In this document: positions 49,375 to 59,936 of the stretch, piece by piece | How the letters are laid out: the number at the start of each line of letters is the position of its first letter | Numbering within the stretch: the first letter of the stretch is position 1 | Source: Porphyridium purpureum | Lineage: Eukaryota | Direction of reading: 5' to 3' | DNA length: 64,000 bases | Assembly (NCBI GenBank): GCA_008690995.1 | Contig: VRMN01000001.1 | Span: 2,976,001-3,040,000 of the forward strand | The notes under the pieces: model-generated | Told to the model about the DNA's origin: nothing | The model's database searches: none | What the model saw: the letters and a program-made list of their open reading frames with translations, nothing else | Position numbers and translations under genes: made by a program

Positions 49375-50688
49375 ATGACGGGTCATCGCGGACCATGCGC
49401 GGCTTGGATCGGCACGCCCCCGGCAGCTGGGCGGCTCCGTGGGTCACATCGCCTGGCACGTTCCGTCTTGCAATGCCCAGAAAAGTTGCTGGGACGCACG
49501 CTACGGACGGGTGGACCACGTCGAGCACTTCTGTCGATGCGGGCGTCGCCCGATGCGATAGATGGTCGGGATGGTGGAAAGGAAAAGAGTGACGCTCAGG
49601 CAAAAGCCGACCTGAGACGCCATTTGATCGGGATTGCTGCTCTTGTCGTGACCACCTACTCCTGGGCACTGAATAACAGTGGTGTCAAGTACTGCTTAAA
49701 GTTTGGAATGACTCCAGGCTTTCTCACGCTGTCGCGGTTCACTGTCGCGCTGCTGCCTTTCTTGGCGTCGCTACGCGTCACGTCATTTGTCGCGTCCGCG
49801 CCAATGTCCATTTTTGCGTTCTGTGGCAATCTGAGCCTGGCCTACGCGTTGCAGTCGACCACAGCCGGCCGCGTCGGCTTCTACAGCTCAGTCTCCACGT
49901 GCTTTGTGCCGCTCCTGCAAAAGCTTGTGCTGCCCAAGCAGTTTCAGAGCAAGATTTTGCCGCGGCAAGTGATCAGCGTGGTGATCAGCTTGATGGGCAT
50001 GGTGTGCATGTCGTGGCGCGCACTCGCGGTACACAGTCCGTCTGTAAAGGGCGACGCACTTGCGTTCACCGGCTCGCTCTTCTTCGCGATGTATACCGTT
50101 TTACTGACTCGAACGGCGAAAACACATCCCATCAGGGAAGTTAGCGCGGCAATGCGGGCATGGATCTGCATCTTCGCCGTAGGATGGTTTCTTGTCGAGC
50201 AACGGGTGTGGAATGCTGGATTACTTCCTGTGCTGCGAAATTTGATACCAGCCGCCGCGCCCGGAATCAGGGGCGCGTACGCGGTCATTGGGATCCTGTC
50301 ACTGCTTGTGGCAGTGGCATCCTTCACGCAAGTATTTGGGCAGCAGCGCGTGTCGAGCACCGAGGCAGCTATCACGTACTCGCTGCTGCCCGTGTGGAGC
50401 GCGCTTTTTGGCTTTCTTTTCTTTGCAGAGCGTTTGAACGGGCCTGAGCAGATCCTCGGCGGCTTGCTCATCATATGCAGCTCGCTCGTGGCGCAAATCC
50501 CGCTCAAGATTGGTGTGAAGATGCCCGGCTCCGGGTCTCGGACTGGGACGGCGCCTGCGGCCACCGCGCAACAATCATCATCAGACTCAACGTCCAAGCC
50601 GCCATCGCCATTCAGCAGATTTCCGATGCACCGTCCGACGAAACTGCCTGGGCCACCCCAGCCGTACGACCCAGACTCAGCGATATAG
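49375..50688 (+). CDS. EamA/DMT family transporter, possibly organelle-targeted
   Basis: About 10 TM helices, LSRF, TTAGRVGF, GDALA and GQQRVSSTEAAITYSLLPVWSALF...ERL. Basic N-terminal extension. Confidence 0.85.
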   Translation: MTGHRGPCAAWIGTPPAAGRLRGSHRLARSVLQCPEKLLGRTLRTGGPRRALLSMRASPDAIDGRDGGKEKSDAQAKADLRRHLIGIAALVVTTYSWALNNSGVKYCLKFGMTPGFLTLSRFTVALLPFLASLRVTSFVASAPMSIFAFCGNLSLAYALQSTTAGRVGFYSSVSTCFVPLLQKLVLPKQFQSKILPRQVISVVISLMGMVCMSWRALAVHSPSVKGDALAFTGSLFFAMYTVLLTRTAKTHPIREVSAAMRAWICIFAVGWFLVEQRVWNAGLLPVLRNLIPAAAPGIRGAYAVIGILSLLVAVASFTQVFGQQRVSSTEAAITYSLLPVWSALFGFLFFAERLNGPEQILGGLLIICSSLVAQIPLKIGVKMPGSGSRTGTAPAATAQQSSSDSTSKPPSPFSRFPMHRPTKLPGPPQPYDPDSAI

Positions 50689-50924
50689 TCAAGCGCTCAG
50701 CTTCCGCGTACACGCGTGCTTCTGCATGTCTGTCCCACGCCACTTTCGCATTCTATTCTCTGCACAAGGCTGACAACGGAAATAAAAACAAGCGGCTAGT
50801 AATTTTTTTTTGAGGGGAGATGGAAAAGGGACAAAGCGGAGGACAAGGGCGTTAAAGACTAACAGGACGTCGAGAGAGGGCGCGGAAAGGAGCGTGGCGA
50901 GGCTTGGAGGTGAAGCACGAAATC

Positions 50925-51562
50925 ATGGGAACTTTGGTTGTGGGCTCGATCATCTTTCTGATCCTCACGTTGGTCGGGTACCTCGTGGTTTCGATCGTGT
51001 GGCGCAACGACAAGGATTCGCAAGCGTACGTTGGCGGTCTTTGGCGGTGTTGGTTTTGCGTTTGGAGTTCGGGCCCTGTAACTGCGCTCTGTAGAGGCCC
51101 TGGGTGGGTGGCAATCGTTGGAGCTATGACACTAACTTTTGTTTGTTTTATTCCGTGTTTGTACGGTGCGTACTCTCCTGTCTCCTGCGCTCGCGTTCGT
51201 GTCTTATGATTCGTATCTCCGCTGCTGCTGTTCAAACTGCCTTCGTGTCTTCACTCATCGAAGTCTGGGGCAATTGTGCGTGCTGCTGGCCGCCGCGTGC
51301 ATGTAGTAAGTTGACGCGGACACTCCGCCGGCATTTTGATTTGTTGGTCTTCCATGTTGTTTACGGTTCCCTGTGCGTTTCACACGCGCAGCTTTGTGCT
51401 TTGGGCAAGTCAGCTAACTCGAATAATTCCAATCCACCTTTGTGCTTGCCCGTGCAACATTCGTTTCTTGTTCCACCCCTCAGCATCATGTGGGTCACGT
51501 GCTTCTTGCATCAACTGCATCCGATTATTCGACCGGTAAAACCGTTCCACCTCGAGGCATAA
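50925..51562 (+). CDS. VMA9: V-ATPase V0 subunit e, 3 exons (50925-51025, 51264-51305, 51484-51562), 73 aa
   Basis: Manual splice gives MGTLVVGSIIFLILTLVGYLVVSIVWRNDKDSQALGQLCVLLAAACMYIMWVTCFLHQLHPIIRPVKPFHLEA. Donors GTACGT and GTAAGT. CxxxMW..x.xQLxP..P signature. Confidence 0.88.
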
Positions 51563-51651
51563 GCTTAGGATGCGGAACGTACGCGCATCGTGCCAAATAT
51601 AAACAGTGTTCGGCTTGAACGATTCAGTCTTTTGATTTTGCATCTTTCTGT

Positions 51652-53355
51652 TCATCTCAGGTGCAGCAGCATCTGGCCAGGCTTTTCCACAAGTGCCTTC
51701 CAATGATTGCTAAAGTTGGCCATCGTGGCACCATCAATTATACGGTGGTCTGCACTCCAACTCACTGCGCACACCCGGCGCATAGTAGGTGCTGCGGTAG
51801 CCTCGTCACACATCAGCTGATTCCGGATGCGACCGATAGCACCAATAGCCACTTGAGGAGGCATGATTAGCGGGCTTGTATAAGTACCACCAATCGAACC
51901 AATATTCGACAGCGCAAACGTCCCTCCCTCGAGATCAGCCTCAGCAAAGCGCATGTTGCGCACCTCGTTCTGGATCCGGGCCAGTTCGCGTGCAATATCT
52001 GCCACAGTCAGCTCATTGACATTTTTGATGTTGGGAACAATCAAGCCTTGAGGCGAGTCCATAGCAATGGAGATATTGTGCTGCATTTTGTAAGTTATGT
52101 TTTCGCAAGCGTCGTCCACCGATGCATTTAGAATTGGAAACGCTTCTAGTGACATCGAGCACGCCTTGATAAGTAGCGGTAGGTATGTCAATCGGATGCC
52201 GCGCGTTTCCAAAACAGAAGCAAGATCACGCTTAAGTTTAACAAGCTCGTCCATAATGACCTCCTCGCCCAGTACTAGCTGCGGTATTTGCGCCGATGCA
52301 GTCATGCTCCTAACCATTGCACGCATGAGCCCGCGAATGGGCTGTACTAGACGCTCCTGCTGACCCGCACGGGCAATGGTATCCTCACCCGCCCCTTCAA
52401 CATCATTCCCCAAGTCATTGACACGCTGGTGCTGCTCTGAAATCCAATCACCCACTCGCGGCGCCTGCGCAGGATGGGGAGCGGACGAGTCGCTTCCACG
52501 CATCCCTGCCGCCATGGACTCCCTGCCCTCGGTATGGTATGCTAGCACGTCTTGCCTTGTGATACGACCTTGACTCCCCGTGCCTTTGACGAGCGCCAAA
52601 TTTATCCCCAGCTCCCTTGCAAGGAGGCGCACCGGAGGTGCGGCGAGCACGTTTGTCTCTGTTCCACGCGTCTGGGTTGCATCTGAGATGGTCGGTTTCA
52701 CCTCGGGTGAACTTGACGAAACTAATCCAGTTGGTAAGTCCGCGGCGCCGCCGCGCGATGCGTCCAATGATGCCTCTGAATGATCGTCGCCATCTACTTC
52801 AAAACGGCACAGCAAGTCGCCCACCTTTGCAATATCACCCTTCTGGAACATCAAATCGACCACTTTTCCATCAAAGCGCGACTCGATTGTGATGGTGGCC
52901 TTGTCAGACTGGGCGTCTAACAGCTTGTCAAACTGATGCACGTGATCGCCTTCACGCACATGCCATTCGATGATCTCAACGTCATGAATACCTTCTCCTG
53001 GCTGCGGTACGAAAAAATCTCTCAACGCCTTGCCACTGGCTGCATCCGAGAGAAGCGCAGGCTCCGCGTGCGCCTCTGTGCCCAAACCTCTTGCCTGACT
53101 CGCGCGGCACCACCTTTGCGCGCATCCTGCTTTTGCAGGACGCGCAGCAACACAGAATGGCTCAATCCTCGCAGCTTTCTTCCATCCATGCCCGCTCTGG
53201 CCGACACACGAGCCCAGTGGCCATCGCACCTGCGTGGCACGCATGGAATATGCTCTGCACTCGGTCTCATACCCGGTAAGCCGGCAGCTCCTCGCGCCAC
53301 GTGCGGCGCGCGCGCGCAGCGTTACGAGCCAGCGCATACTCACATTTTTCACCAT
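51652..53355 (-). CDS. DBT: Branched-chain 2-oxoacid dehydrogenase E2 (dihydrolipoyl transacylase), mitochondrial
   Basis: Lipoyl domain GEGIHDVEIIEWHV..QSDKA, E3-binding LAAPPVRLLARE..GTGSQGRI and catalytic ADHRIIDG. Start uncertain. Confidence 0.92.
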   Translation of the reverse strand: MVKNVSMRWLVTLRARAARGARSCRLTGYETECRAYSMRATQVRWPLGSCVGQSGHGWKKAARIEPFCVAARPAKAGCAQRWCRASQARGLGTEAHAEPALLSDAASGKALRDFFVPQPGEGIHDVEIIEWHVREGDHVHQFDKLLDAQSDKATITIESRFDGKVVDLMFQKGDIAKVGDLLCRFEVDGDDHSEASLDASRGGAADLPTGLVSSSSPEVKPTISDATQTRGTETNVLAAPPVRLLARELGINLALVKGTGSQGRITRQDVLAYHTEGRESMAAGMRGSDSSAPHPAQAPRVGDWISEQHQRVNDLGNDVEGAGEDTIARAGQQERLVQPIRGLMRAMVRSMTASAQIPQLVLGEEVIMDELVKLKRDLASVLETRGIRLTYLPLLIKACSMSLEAFPILNASVDDACENITYKMQHNISIAMDSPQGLIVPNIKNVNELTVADIARELARIQNEVRNMRFAEADLEGGTFALSNIGSIGGTYTSPLIMPPQVAIGAIGRIRNQLMCDEATAAPTMRRVCAVSWSADHRIIDGATMANFSNHWKALVEKPGQMLLHLR

Positions 53356-53634
53356 TCCCGACACCAACGCCAGCACCAACACCAACAACCAGCGCAGAGC
53401 CAGACCTTCACGCCCCGCACTGCATCCTCTCGCTCTCGAACTCACTGAATCTCCCTTCGCGCGGCTACGTGGGCTGGAATGCAATGGCACAGAGGTACAG
53501 TATGTACACTCACACGCATACAGTACCTAAAACATGGACTGTACCCCTGGAGGTACAGCTGACGGGAGGAGAACAAGGAGACATGCGCGAGGAGGATGTA
53601 GCGCCGGTTGATGTAGCCGACGCCAAGTGAATGG

Positions 53635-56193
53635 ATGATGAGCAGACCGGCATTGCCGCAGTGGCCAGACACCAGCGCAGATAATCCAGCAGACGGTCGA
53701 GCGCGGGCTGCTTCTCCGAGAGCGCGGTATGTCGACAGCGCCGTGCAGTTCAGCGTCGGGCACGATCTGTTTGCAGGCGCGACGCCCAGGCGCCCGATTG
53801 CGCATGGCGTCCCCGCCTCGCGCAAGCGTGCACTGGAGACAGAGCCGGCGCTCCGCCCGGCTGTGCCTGTCAACGAGACGCCGCGTGAAATGGAAGCGCA
53901 CTCGTTGCTACGCCGTATACGCGCGCAAAGTCTGTACGGCGTCGCGTGTCCAGCACGCCGCCGGTTCCGCACGCTCACGTACGAAAGCACCGTGCCCAAT
54001 CGCTTTGTGCGCATTAGAGAGGAGGGGGCTCCAGACGTCTACTTTCGCAGGTTCACGGCGGACGGAAAGTACCTCATTGCATTTTCGCGCTCGTTTCGTG
54101 AAGTGCTGGTATTCCGTGTCGAAAGTGGCGCGGCAAGAACAAGCTGTTCACTTGACGCGGAAGAAGAGCGGATCATAGACTCTGAAGTCATGCCTGGCGA
54201 GAATGAATTGCTGCATGCGCACGAGAATTCTGCACACAGTTGCAGTGAAGACCTCGGCCAGCAACAACAGCAGCATCCGAAATCGCAAACTCTCACGCCG
54301 TCCATGCCATTCTCGCGCTTTTTCACATTGGCTGCGAGTGTGGTCGTGCCAAGCGGTAATGAGATTTTATGCAAGGATTTTTGTCTGATTACAAGCGACG
54401 ATCGGTACGCTGTACTTGGGAGCTGGGCGCCGCCGCTAGAAACCGGAGATTTGTCCGGCGAAACTTCTAGCGAGGATGCGGCGGCTCTGACTCAAATGCC
54501 GCGGCTTGAGTCCATTTCGCTACACTTGCTTGACCTTCACAGTATGAAAGTGACAGACACATACACATTTCGTGATGATTTTGTGCTACTTGAAGCACAT
54601 GAAGGCGTGGACCTCATGGATAACATGCTGATGGTATTGTCCCTACGTCATCAGGAGCTGCACTTTGTTGAGATCCGAAGCGTGACCGGCACTCTACGAC
54701 GCGTGTTTTCGATAGGACAGAATTGCTTTGACGATGACCAGCTTTTGCTGCGTGAACGTGAAGAGCTGGAAAGGCGATTTACGTCGAGCAAGGGTCAACC
54801 GCGAGCCCCTCGGCGCGACAGAAGCCAAGCTCCAGATGGCTCGACACAAGACAGTCGTGCAAGTTCGGACGGCGGCATTCTGGGAGATGGTGAGTACGAA
54901 AATGACACCGACTATTTTGCGCGCATTTCGCACGCACCGGCTGTCATCGTGGATGATCGAACAGGCTTCGGCCTCGGCGAAGGCGGGCAAATGCGACGTG
55001 AAAGTGCAGAAGACGCCGCGAATCCCAGGACCACAGGTGCGCGAGCGCTGCACTTGAACCGGCCCGCACTAGCTGGGCGCGGAAGGCTGCAACCACTTCT
55101 GCCCACTATGAATGTGGTGGTTGGGAGAGGCTTAGGGAACGGACTTCAGCAGGGCGGATTTTTTTCGGGCCTGATGCACAAGTTTCTCGTGTATGTGTGG
55201 AAACAGCATGTTGCGCTAGGCACGCGCTCACATTTTTTTCTCGCCTTCAAGTCATTCTGCTTCTTGGTGATGCTGAAGGCGCAGATTCTCGACACAAGGC
55301 ACATTTTGATCCGCCTGGGTCATCTCGAGTCGATCAGGAGCCAGACATACGCACAAGGTGCGAACCAGCATCGCTTGTTCTTAGTTGTATACAATCACGT
55401 CGAGGCGCGTATTGTGGGAGTGTTTGAGAACAGCTCTGAAGAACTGCTGAATCTGCTCGCGCGATACTCTGATTTCTTTTCGCGAGGCTCGCCCAGTCTT
55501 TCGCTCCGAAGCGAGCTGCACGGAATAGGACAGCGAGGAGTGGGAGCGCCCTCGCAACGTACGGATGCCTCAGGTTCTGAGCCAGGCTCCGCGAGCTCGC
55601 CTGCCTTGTCATCGAACGGCCGTGCGCGCAGCGGCGGAGGTCGTGGCAGCGCGTCTGGCCAAGCAACCATTGGTGTCGAACCGGGTCGAGCACGAAGCGT
55701 ACTTAACATGCTGCCCGTGTCGCCGCAAGTCAAACACCACAGCGTGTACCTTGACCGAAGCATGTTTTCGTATGACGATCGCCGCTCAAGTGCTTTGGAG
55801 GGTGCTAAGGCACAGGTGTTTTCTGAGTCGAGCGCGATCAAGTTTGTGGCACGTCGGCACCACCGGCTCGCGTTCCGCGTGCACATTGGCGCGGAGAGCG
55901 CAGCCGAGCCTTCCAGCGCGAGGTTTGTCGGTCCGCCGTACAGTGCTGCAGCTGGCTCCGGCGAAGCCGCAGTCCCTGGAACTCAGGGCGCTGCGACCCG
56001 ACAAGCGGCGGCCGCCACGGCGCGCGGAGGAGCGCATGGAGCCGGCGCCGCCGCTGCTGGAAGTGGAGCCAGAAACACGAATCGCCGTTGCTCTGCGCTG
56101 CTTCTGTTCCACCCAGTGTACCCATTTGTGCTGGGCATTGAAATGACAGCATCGGCTACGCAACGACTGACCATCCATTTCCGTGTAACCTGA
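53635..56193 (+). CDS. DET1: De-etiolated 1
   Basis: RRFTADGKYLIAFS, EILCKDFCL, VLSLRHQ, GFFSGLMHKFL and LLFHPVYPF. Confidence 0.92.
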   Translation: MMSRPALPQWPDTSADNPADGRARAASPRARYVDSAVQFSVGHDLFAGATPRRPIAHGVPASRKRALETEPALRPAVPVNETPREMEAHSLLRRIRAQSLYGVACPARRRFRTLTYESTVPNRFVRIREEGAPDVYFRRFTADGKYLIAFSRSFREVLVFRVESGAARTSCSLDAEEERIIDSEVMPGENELLHAHENSAHSCSEDLGQQQQQHPKSQTLTPSMPFSRFFTLAASVVVPSGNEILCKDFCLITSDDRYAVLGSWAPPLETGDLSGETSSEDAAALTQMPRLESISLHLLDLHSMKVTDTYTFRDDFVLLEAHEGVDLMDNMLMVLSLRHQELHFVEIRSVTGTLRRVFSIGQNCFDDDQLLLREREELERRFTSSKGQPRAPRRDRSQAPDGSTQDSRASSDGGILGDGEYENDTDYFARISHAPAVIVDDRTGFGLGEGGQMRRESAEDAANPRTTGARALHLNRPALAGRGRLQPLLPTMNVVVGRGLGNGLQQGGFFSGLMHKFLVYVWKQHVALGTRSHFFLAFKSFCFLVMLKAQILDTRHILIRLGHLESIRSQTYAQGANQHRLFLVVYNHVEARIVGVFENSSEELLNLLARYSDFFSRGSPSLSLRSELHGIGQRGVGAPSQRTDASGSEPGSASSPALSSNGRARSGGGRGSASGQATIGVEPGRARSVLNMLPVSPQVKHHSVYLDRSMFSYDDRRSSALEGAKAQVFSESSAIKFVARRHHRLAFRVHIGAESAAEPSSARFVGPPYSAAAGSGEAAVPGTQGAATRQAAAATARGGAHGAGAAAAGSGARNTNRRCSALLLFHPVYPFVLGIEMTASATQRLTIHFRVT

Positions 56194-56302
56194 AGCCGCG
56201 CTGTGCACTTCACGCGCACAACACGGCTTCACCAGTTTGCGCTCCTCCACGTGGAAAACAAACGGTACACTAAGTGTACTTCATCGCGCGCTCGCTAATC
56301 AA

Positions 56303-56350
56303 CGGTCCCGGCCCCAGTCCCGGTCCGGGTCCGGGTCCGGGTCCCGGTCC
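56303..56350. repeat. 6-bp tandem repeat (SGGTCC)x8 just upstream of TATATAAA (56366-56373)
   Basis: CGGTCC CGGCCC CAGTCC CGGTCC GGGTCC GGGTCC GGGTCC CGGTCC. Confidence 0.85.
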
Positions 56351-56536
56351 GGTGCGTCAAGTGTGTATATAAATCGTGCGTTCTTCTCACGTTGCCTAGT
56401 GGTTTAGCACTGGATCTGTGGATACAAGAAGGGGAAGGCCTGCTGGCTCTGTAGACGTGGAGTGGTGGTAGCGTCTTGATCAGGACACACAGAGTAGGAA
56501 GGGGCCGGGGGAAGGTATGAGTGCATGTGAGGAGCG

Positions 56537-59500
56537 ATGGTGTTCGGAGCTTTGTTCAGTGAAGGGCGCTCATGCAAGCTACATCTTGCGCTGACCATTC
56601 CGCGGAGCACCGCGGCGGTGATTTCCCGCGCGCTGGGCGAGGACGATGTGCGCGCGATTGGCGTGAGTGTCGTGGGCACTGCGGCGCCGCTGGACGCGTG
56701 GGCGCCCGTGGACAAGGAGCTGATCAGCCCAGAGGAGCTCAAGCAGGCGCTCAGGCTCGAGTGGCGGGAAGGCCCCGCTCAGGACGACTGGCGCTTTGCG
56801 GGAGAGGTCGACGTGCCGCTCGATCAGAAGGCGCTCAAGGCCGCCGGCAGTCAAGCCGCGCTCGCCTTCCGGTTTGTCGCATTCTCGCTTAATCACCCGT
56901 CGAAAATATTCGCAGAGGCATCCGCTGCTGCGCATTCTCTGGATCTGAAGTGGCTGGGTGAGGGGGAGTTTCTGTGTGCGGCCGAGTTCTTGGCGCCAGA
57001 GAATAATGTGCTCACATCCTCGGCGTTCTGCCAGGTGATTTTCGGTCGGGATGCATGTCAGGAGCTACGGCCTGCTGATTTAGCCACGTCGAATGTCGCA
57101 GGCGGGAAGGACAGCGTCCTGCTGCACCTCGTCGTTATCGCTCCGAGGATTCCGGCCTCGAACACCAAGCTAGTTGCGTGCGGAAACGTGGACGAACTCG
57201 GAAATTCAGAGCTTTCTAGGGCTCCCGTGCTGCACAGAAAAGATCGCAAGGTGCCGCGGTACGAGGCGACGGTACGCGTGAGCCGCGCCGCTGTGACGGA
57301 TGTTCAGTTTCGCTTTTTCTTTGTCGACGCAGAAAACGCTGCTCATGCACTCCTGAAGGAGAGCGGCGAGGAACGGCGACTTGAGGAGCTGTACTCTCCC
57401 GCATTGCTGAAAGCCAGTCTCGAACGAACAAGTGACGGGTTACTGCAGCTAAGCTACTCTGGCGTGTTCCGGTACGCCTCGACGTGGAAGGGCGCCGGCG
57501 TCGCAGTTCCGGTTTCTTCTCTTCGGAGCGACGCCTCTGCTGGCATTGGTGAATTTTTGGACATCATAGACCTGGTCGAGTGGTCGTCGAGTTGTGGGTT
57601 GCGCCTGATTCAGCTGCTGCCGATCTACGATACGGGCTTTGATCCCAGCCCCTATGCCGCTTGTTCTGTGTTCGCGCTACATCCAGTGTACATGCGTCTG
57701 ACCGCCGTTGCGGACAGCATTGGGCTTCCAGCCGAGCACGACGTTCGCAAGGAAATCATGCAGGCGCAGTCTGAGTTGAACGCGTTTGCGTCCGTTGAGT
57801 ATCAGAGGACGCTGCGCTGGAAACTTCGATTGATTGAGCTGCTGTACCAGGCGGATAACAACCAGACGCTGAGCACGCCTGAGTTCCATGCATTTTTTGA
57901 AGCAAACAAGGACTGGCTCCCCGTTTACGCACTGTGGAAAGGTTTGAGGGACCGGACAGGCGAATGGAACTACAAGTTGTGGCCGGCGAGTGCGAAGCAG
58001 GCGAAAGATCTCGCTAAAGTAGAGAACAAGGAGTACGGTGCCAAAATCGGACTTGTGTTTTTCACTCAGTATTACCTGCACGTACAGATGCAAGCCGCGT
58101 CTGAGTGTGCGCGTCGCTGCGGTGTGGTCCTGAAGGGTGATTTGCCCATCGGCGTTGCGCGTTTCGGAGCAGATACTTGGACGCATCCGGATTTATTCCG
58201 CATGGATATGTCGGCTGGCTGTCCCTCGATGGGGGATTGGTCTGACGCCCAAAATTGGGACTTCCCGCTTTACAATTGGGAGGAAATGGCACGAAAAAAG
58301 TTTGCGTGGTGGAAGCGACGCATGGAGATGATGTCTCAGTATTTCACAGCGTGCCGTGTGGATCATGTGCTAGGCTTCTTCCGCATCTGGGCAATTCCTT
58401 CGCATAACTGGACGGGCTTCCAAGGCCACTTTGATCCTTGCAACGCGCTGAAGCTGGACGAGCTCAAGGAGCTACGTGCCGTTGATAACAGCAAGGCTGT
58501 CCTGGAGCGCCTGTTGCAGCCGTACGTGACGTTCCGCGAGGTAGAGGCGGCGTTTGGCGAGCAAGCAAATCGTGTCGTGAGTGAGGTTTTCACCGCGCGC
58601 AGCGGAGGAGCGATGCTGGATTTCAGACCGGAGTGCGACACAGTAGAAAAAATAGGTGTGTTGTACGACCCGAGCGAGCCGGAGCTGAGCGACAGTGAGC
58701 GTGCATTTCGAGAGCATGCGCGGAAGGTCCTGTGGAAACTTCAGGACAATCGCATGGCGCTGTGCTTTGAAAAGCAATATTATCTGACTTGTCATATGTT
58801 GTTTACGTCATCCTTCAAAGACTTGCACGATGACCCCGGCGATCCGGTGAATGGAGTGATCAACAAGGCTAAGCTTTCAGATTTGTGGCATGATTTTTAC
58901 AACAAGCGGCAGTCGTGGCGTGGCCCAGGTCTGGTTAGGCTGTCCATGATTCAAAAGGCATCGAGCATGATGATCTGCGCAGAAGACCTCGGCTCCGTGC
59001 CAGATGAAGTGTACCCTGTGCTAGATCAACTTGGCATATTGGGGTTGCGAATCCAGAGGTGGCCCCCGGGCGGAGGCAACTTTCTACGAAGCGACCAGTA
59101 TCCGTATCTTAGCGTTGCGGCTACAAGTTGCCATGACTGCTCAACTCTGCGCGCGTGGTGGGAGCACGACGATCGCCTCAGTGCGCAGAAGCTGTACTCG
59201 GAGCACCTCAACCATGACTTGGCGCCTGAGACGTGTACGGACGTTGCGAGTCAGCTAGTCGTGGCGAGCAATTTTCGGTCAGACGCTATGTGGGCCATCA
59301 TCCCTATCCAGGACTTGATGGATATGTGGGATGAATTGCGGTCGCCCGATCCCAGGATGGATGCCATCAATCGGCCGGGAACCGTGGAGGGCTGCTGGGC
59401 TTACCGCATGAAGTGGTCTCTGAGCGACCTCAAAGGTAAGTCAAGTTTCAATTCGTTTCTTCTGAACCAGCTTCAGGATTGTGGACGGCTTGACGTATAG
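56537..59500 (+). CDS. DPE2: 4-alpha-glucanotransferase DPE2 (CBM20 + GH77)
   Basis: WKGAGVAVPVSSLRS, IQLLPIYDT, LKGDLPIGV, and catalytic RVDH, CAEDLG and SCHD. Confidence 0.95.
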   Translation: MVFGALFSEGRSCKLHLALTIPRSTAAVISRALGEDDVRAIGVSVVGTAAPLDAWAPVDKELISPEELKQALRLEWREGPAQDDWRFAGEVDVPLDQKALKAAGSQAALAFRFVAFSLNHPSKIFAEASAAAHSLDLKWLGEGEFLCAAEFLAPENNVLTSSAFCQVIFGRDACQELRPADLATSNVAGGKDSVLLHLVVIAPRIPASNTKLVACGNVDELGNSELSRAPVLHRKDRKVPRYEATVRVSRAAVTDVQFRFFFVDAENAAHALLKESGEERRLEELYSPALLKASLERTSDGLLQLSYSGVFRYASTWKGAGVAVPVSSLRSDASAGIGEFLDIIDLVEWSSSCGLRLIQLLPIYDTGFDPSPYAACSVFALHPVYMRLTAVADSIGLPAEHDVRKEIMQAQSELNAFASVEYQRTLRWKLRLIELLYQADNNQTLSTPEFHAFFEANKDWLPVYALWKGLRDRTGEWNYKLWPASAKQAKDLAKVENKEYGAKIGLVFFTQYYLHVQMQAASECARRCGVVLKGDLPIGVARFGADTWTHPDLFRMDMSAGCPSMGDWSDAQNWDFPLYNWEEMARKKFAWWKRRMEMMSQYFTACRVDHVLGFFRIWAIPSHNWTGFQGHFDPCNALKLDELKELRAVDNSKAVLERLLQPYVTFREVEAAFGEQANRVVSEVFTARSGGAMLDFRPECDTVEKIGVLYDPSEPELSDSERAFREHARKVLWKLQDNRMALCFEKQYYLTCHMLFTSSFKDLHDDPGDPVNGVINKAKLSDLWHDFYNKRQSWRGPGLVRLSMIQKASSMMICAEDLGSVPDEVYPVLDQLGILGLRIQRWPPGGGNFLRSDQYPYLSVAATSCHDCSTLRAWWEHDDRLSAQKLYSEHLNHDLAPETCTDVASQLVVASNFRSDAMWAIIPIQDLMDMWDELRSPDPRMDAINRPGTVEGCWAYRMKWSLSDLKGKSSFNSFLLNQLQDCGRLDV

Positions 59501-59546
59501 TTTCAATTAAAGAAGGCGGTGCACGTAACTCTATCAGTTGCTCAGA

Positions 59547-59936
59547 ATGGCGGGGGACGCGGCGAGTTGCATATTCTGTTGTCGCATGTGTGGCTGTCAG
59601 CTGTTCAGCGATCGCGATGTCACACATGGCAAGTCGAACGGGCAAACGAAGGACGGGGTTGCAGCCTGCACTTCGATCTTTGTGACCGAGGCGCCCGCGT
59701 GGTTTTGGACGCCCGAGAACAGTAGCGAAAATGCTGGGAAGATTGTGTGCCCGACGGCAAAGTGCGCAAAGAAGCTTGGCCATTGGTCTTGGTCGGGGCT
59801 GCAATGCTCGTGTACGGCGTGGATCGCGCCCGCGTTCCAGTTTGTGAGGTCGCATGTCGACGCGAAGCCTTCTGATCCCGTGACACCAGTGACGAACGCA
59901 CGCGGTGTAGGTCCGACTTCAACCACGGGCTTTTAG
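59547..59936 (+). CDS. Stand-alone YVH1/DUSP12-type zinc-binding domain protein
   Basis: CRMC...LF...H, CTSIFV and GKIVCP..KC.KKLG.WSWSGLQCSCTAWIAPAFQ....VD. No phosphatase domain. Confidence 0.85.
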   Translation: MAGDAASCIFCCRMCGCQLFSDRDVTHGKSNGQTKDGVAACTSIFVTEAPAWFWTPENSSENAGKIVCPTAKCAKKLGHWSWSGLQCSCTAWIAPAFQFVRSHVDAKPSDPVTPVTNARGVGPTSTTGF

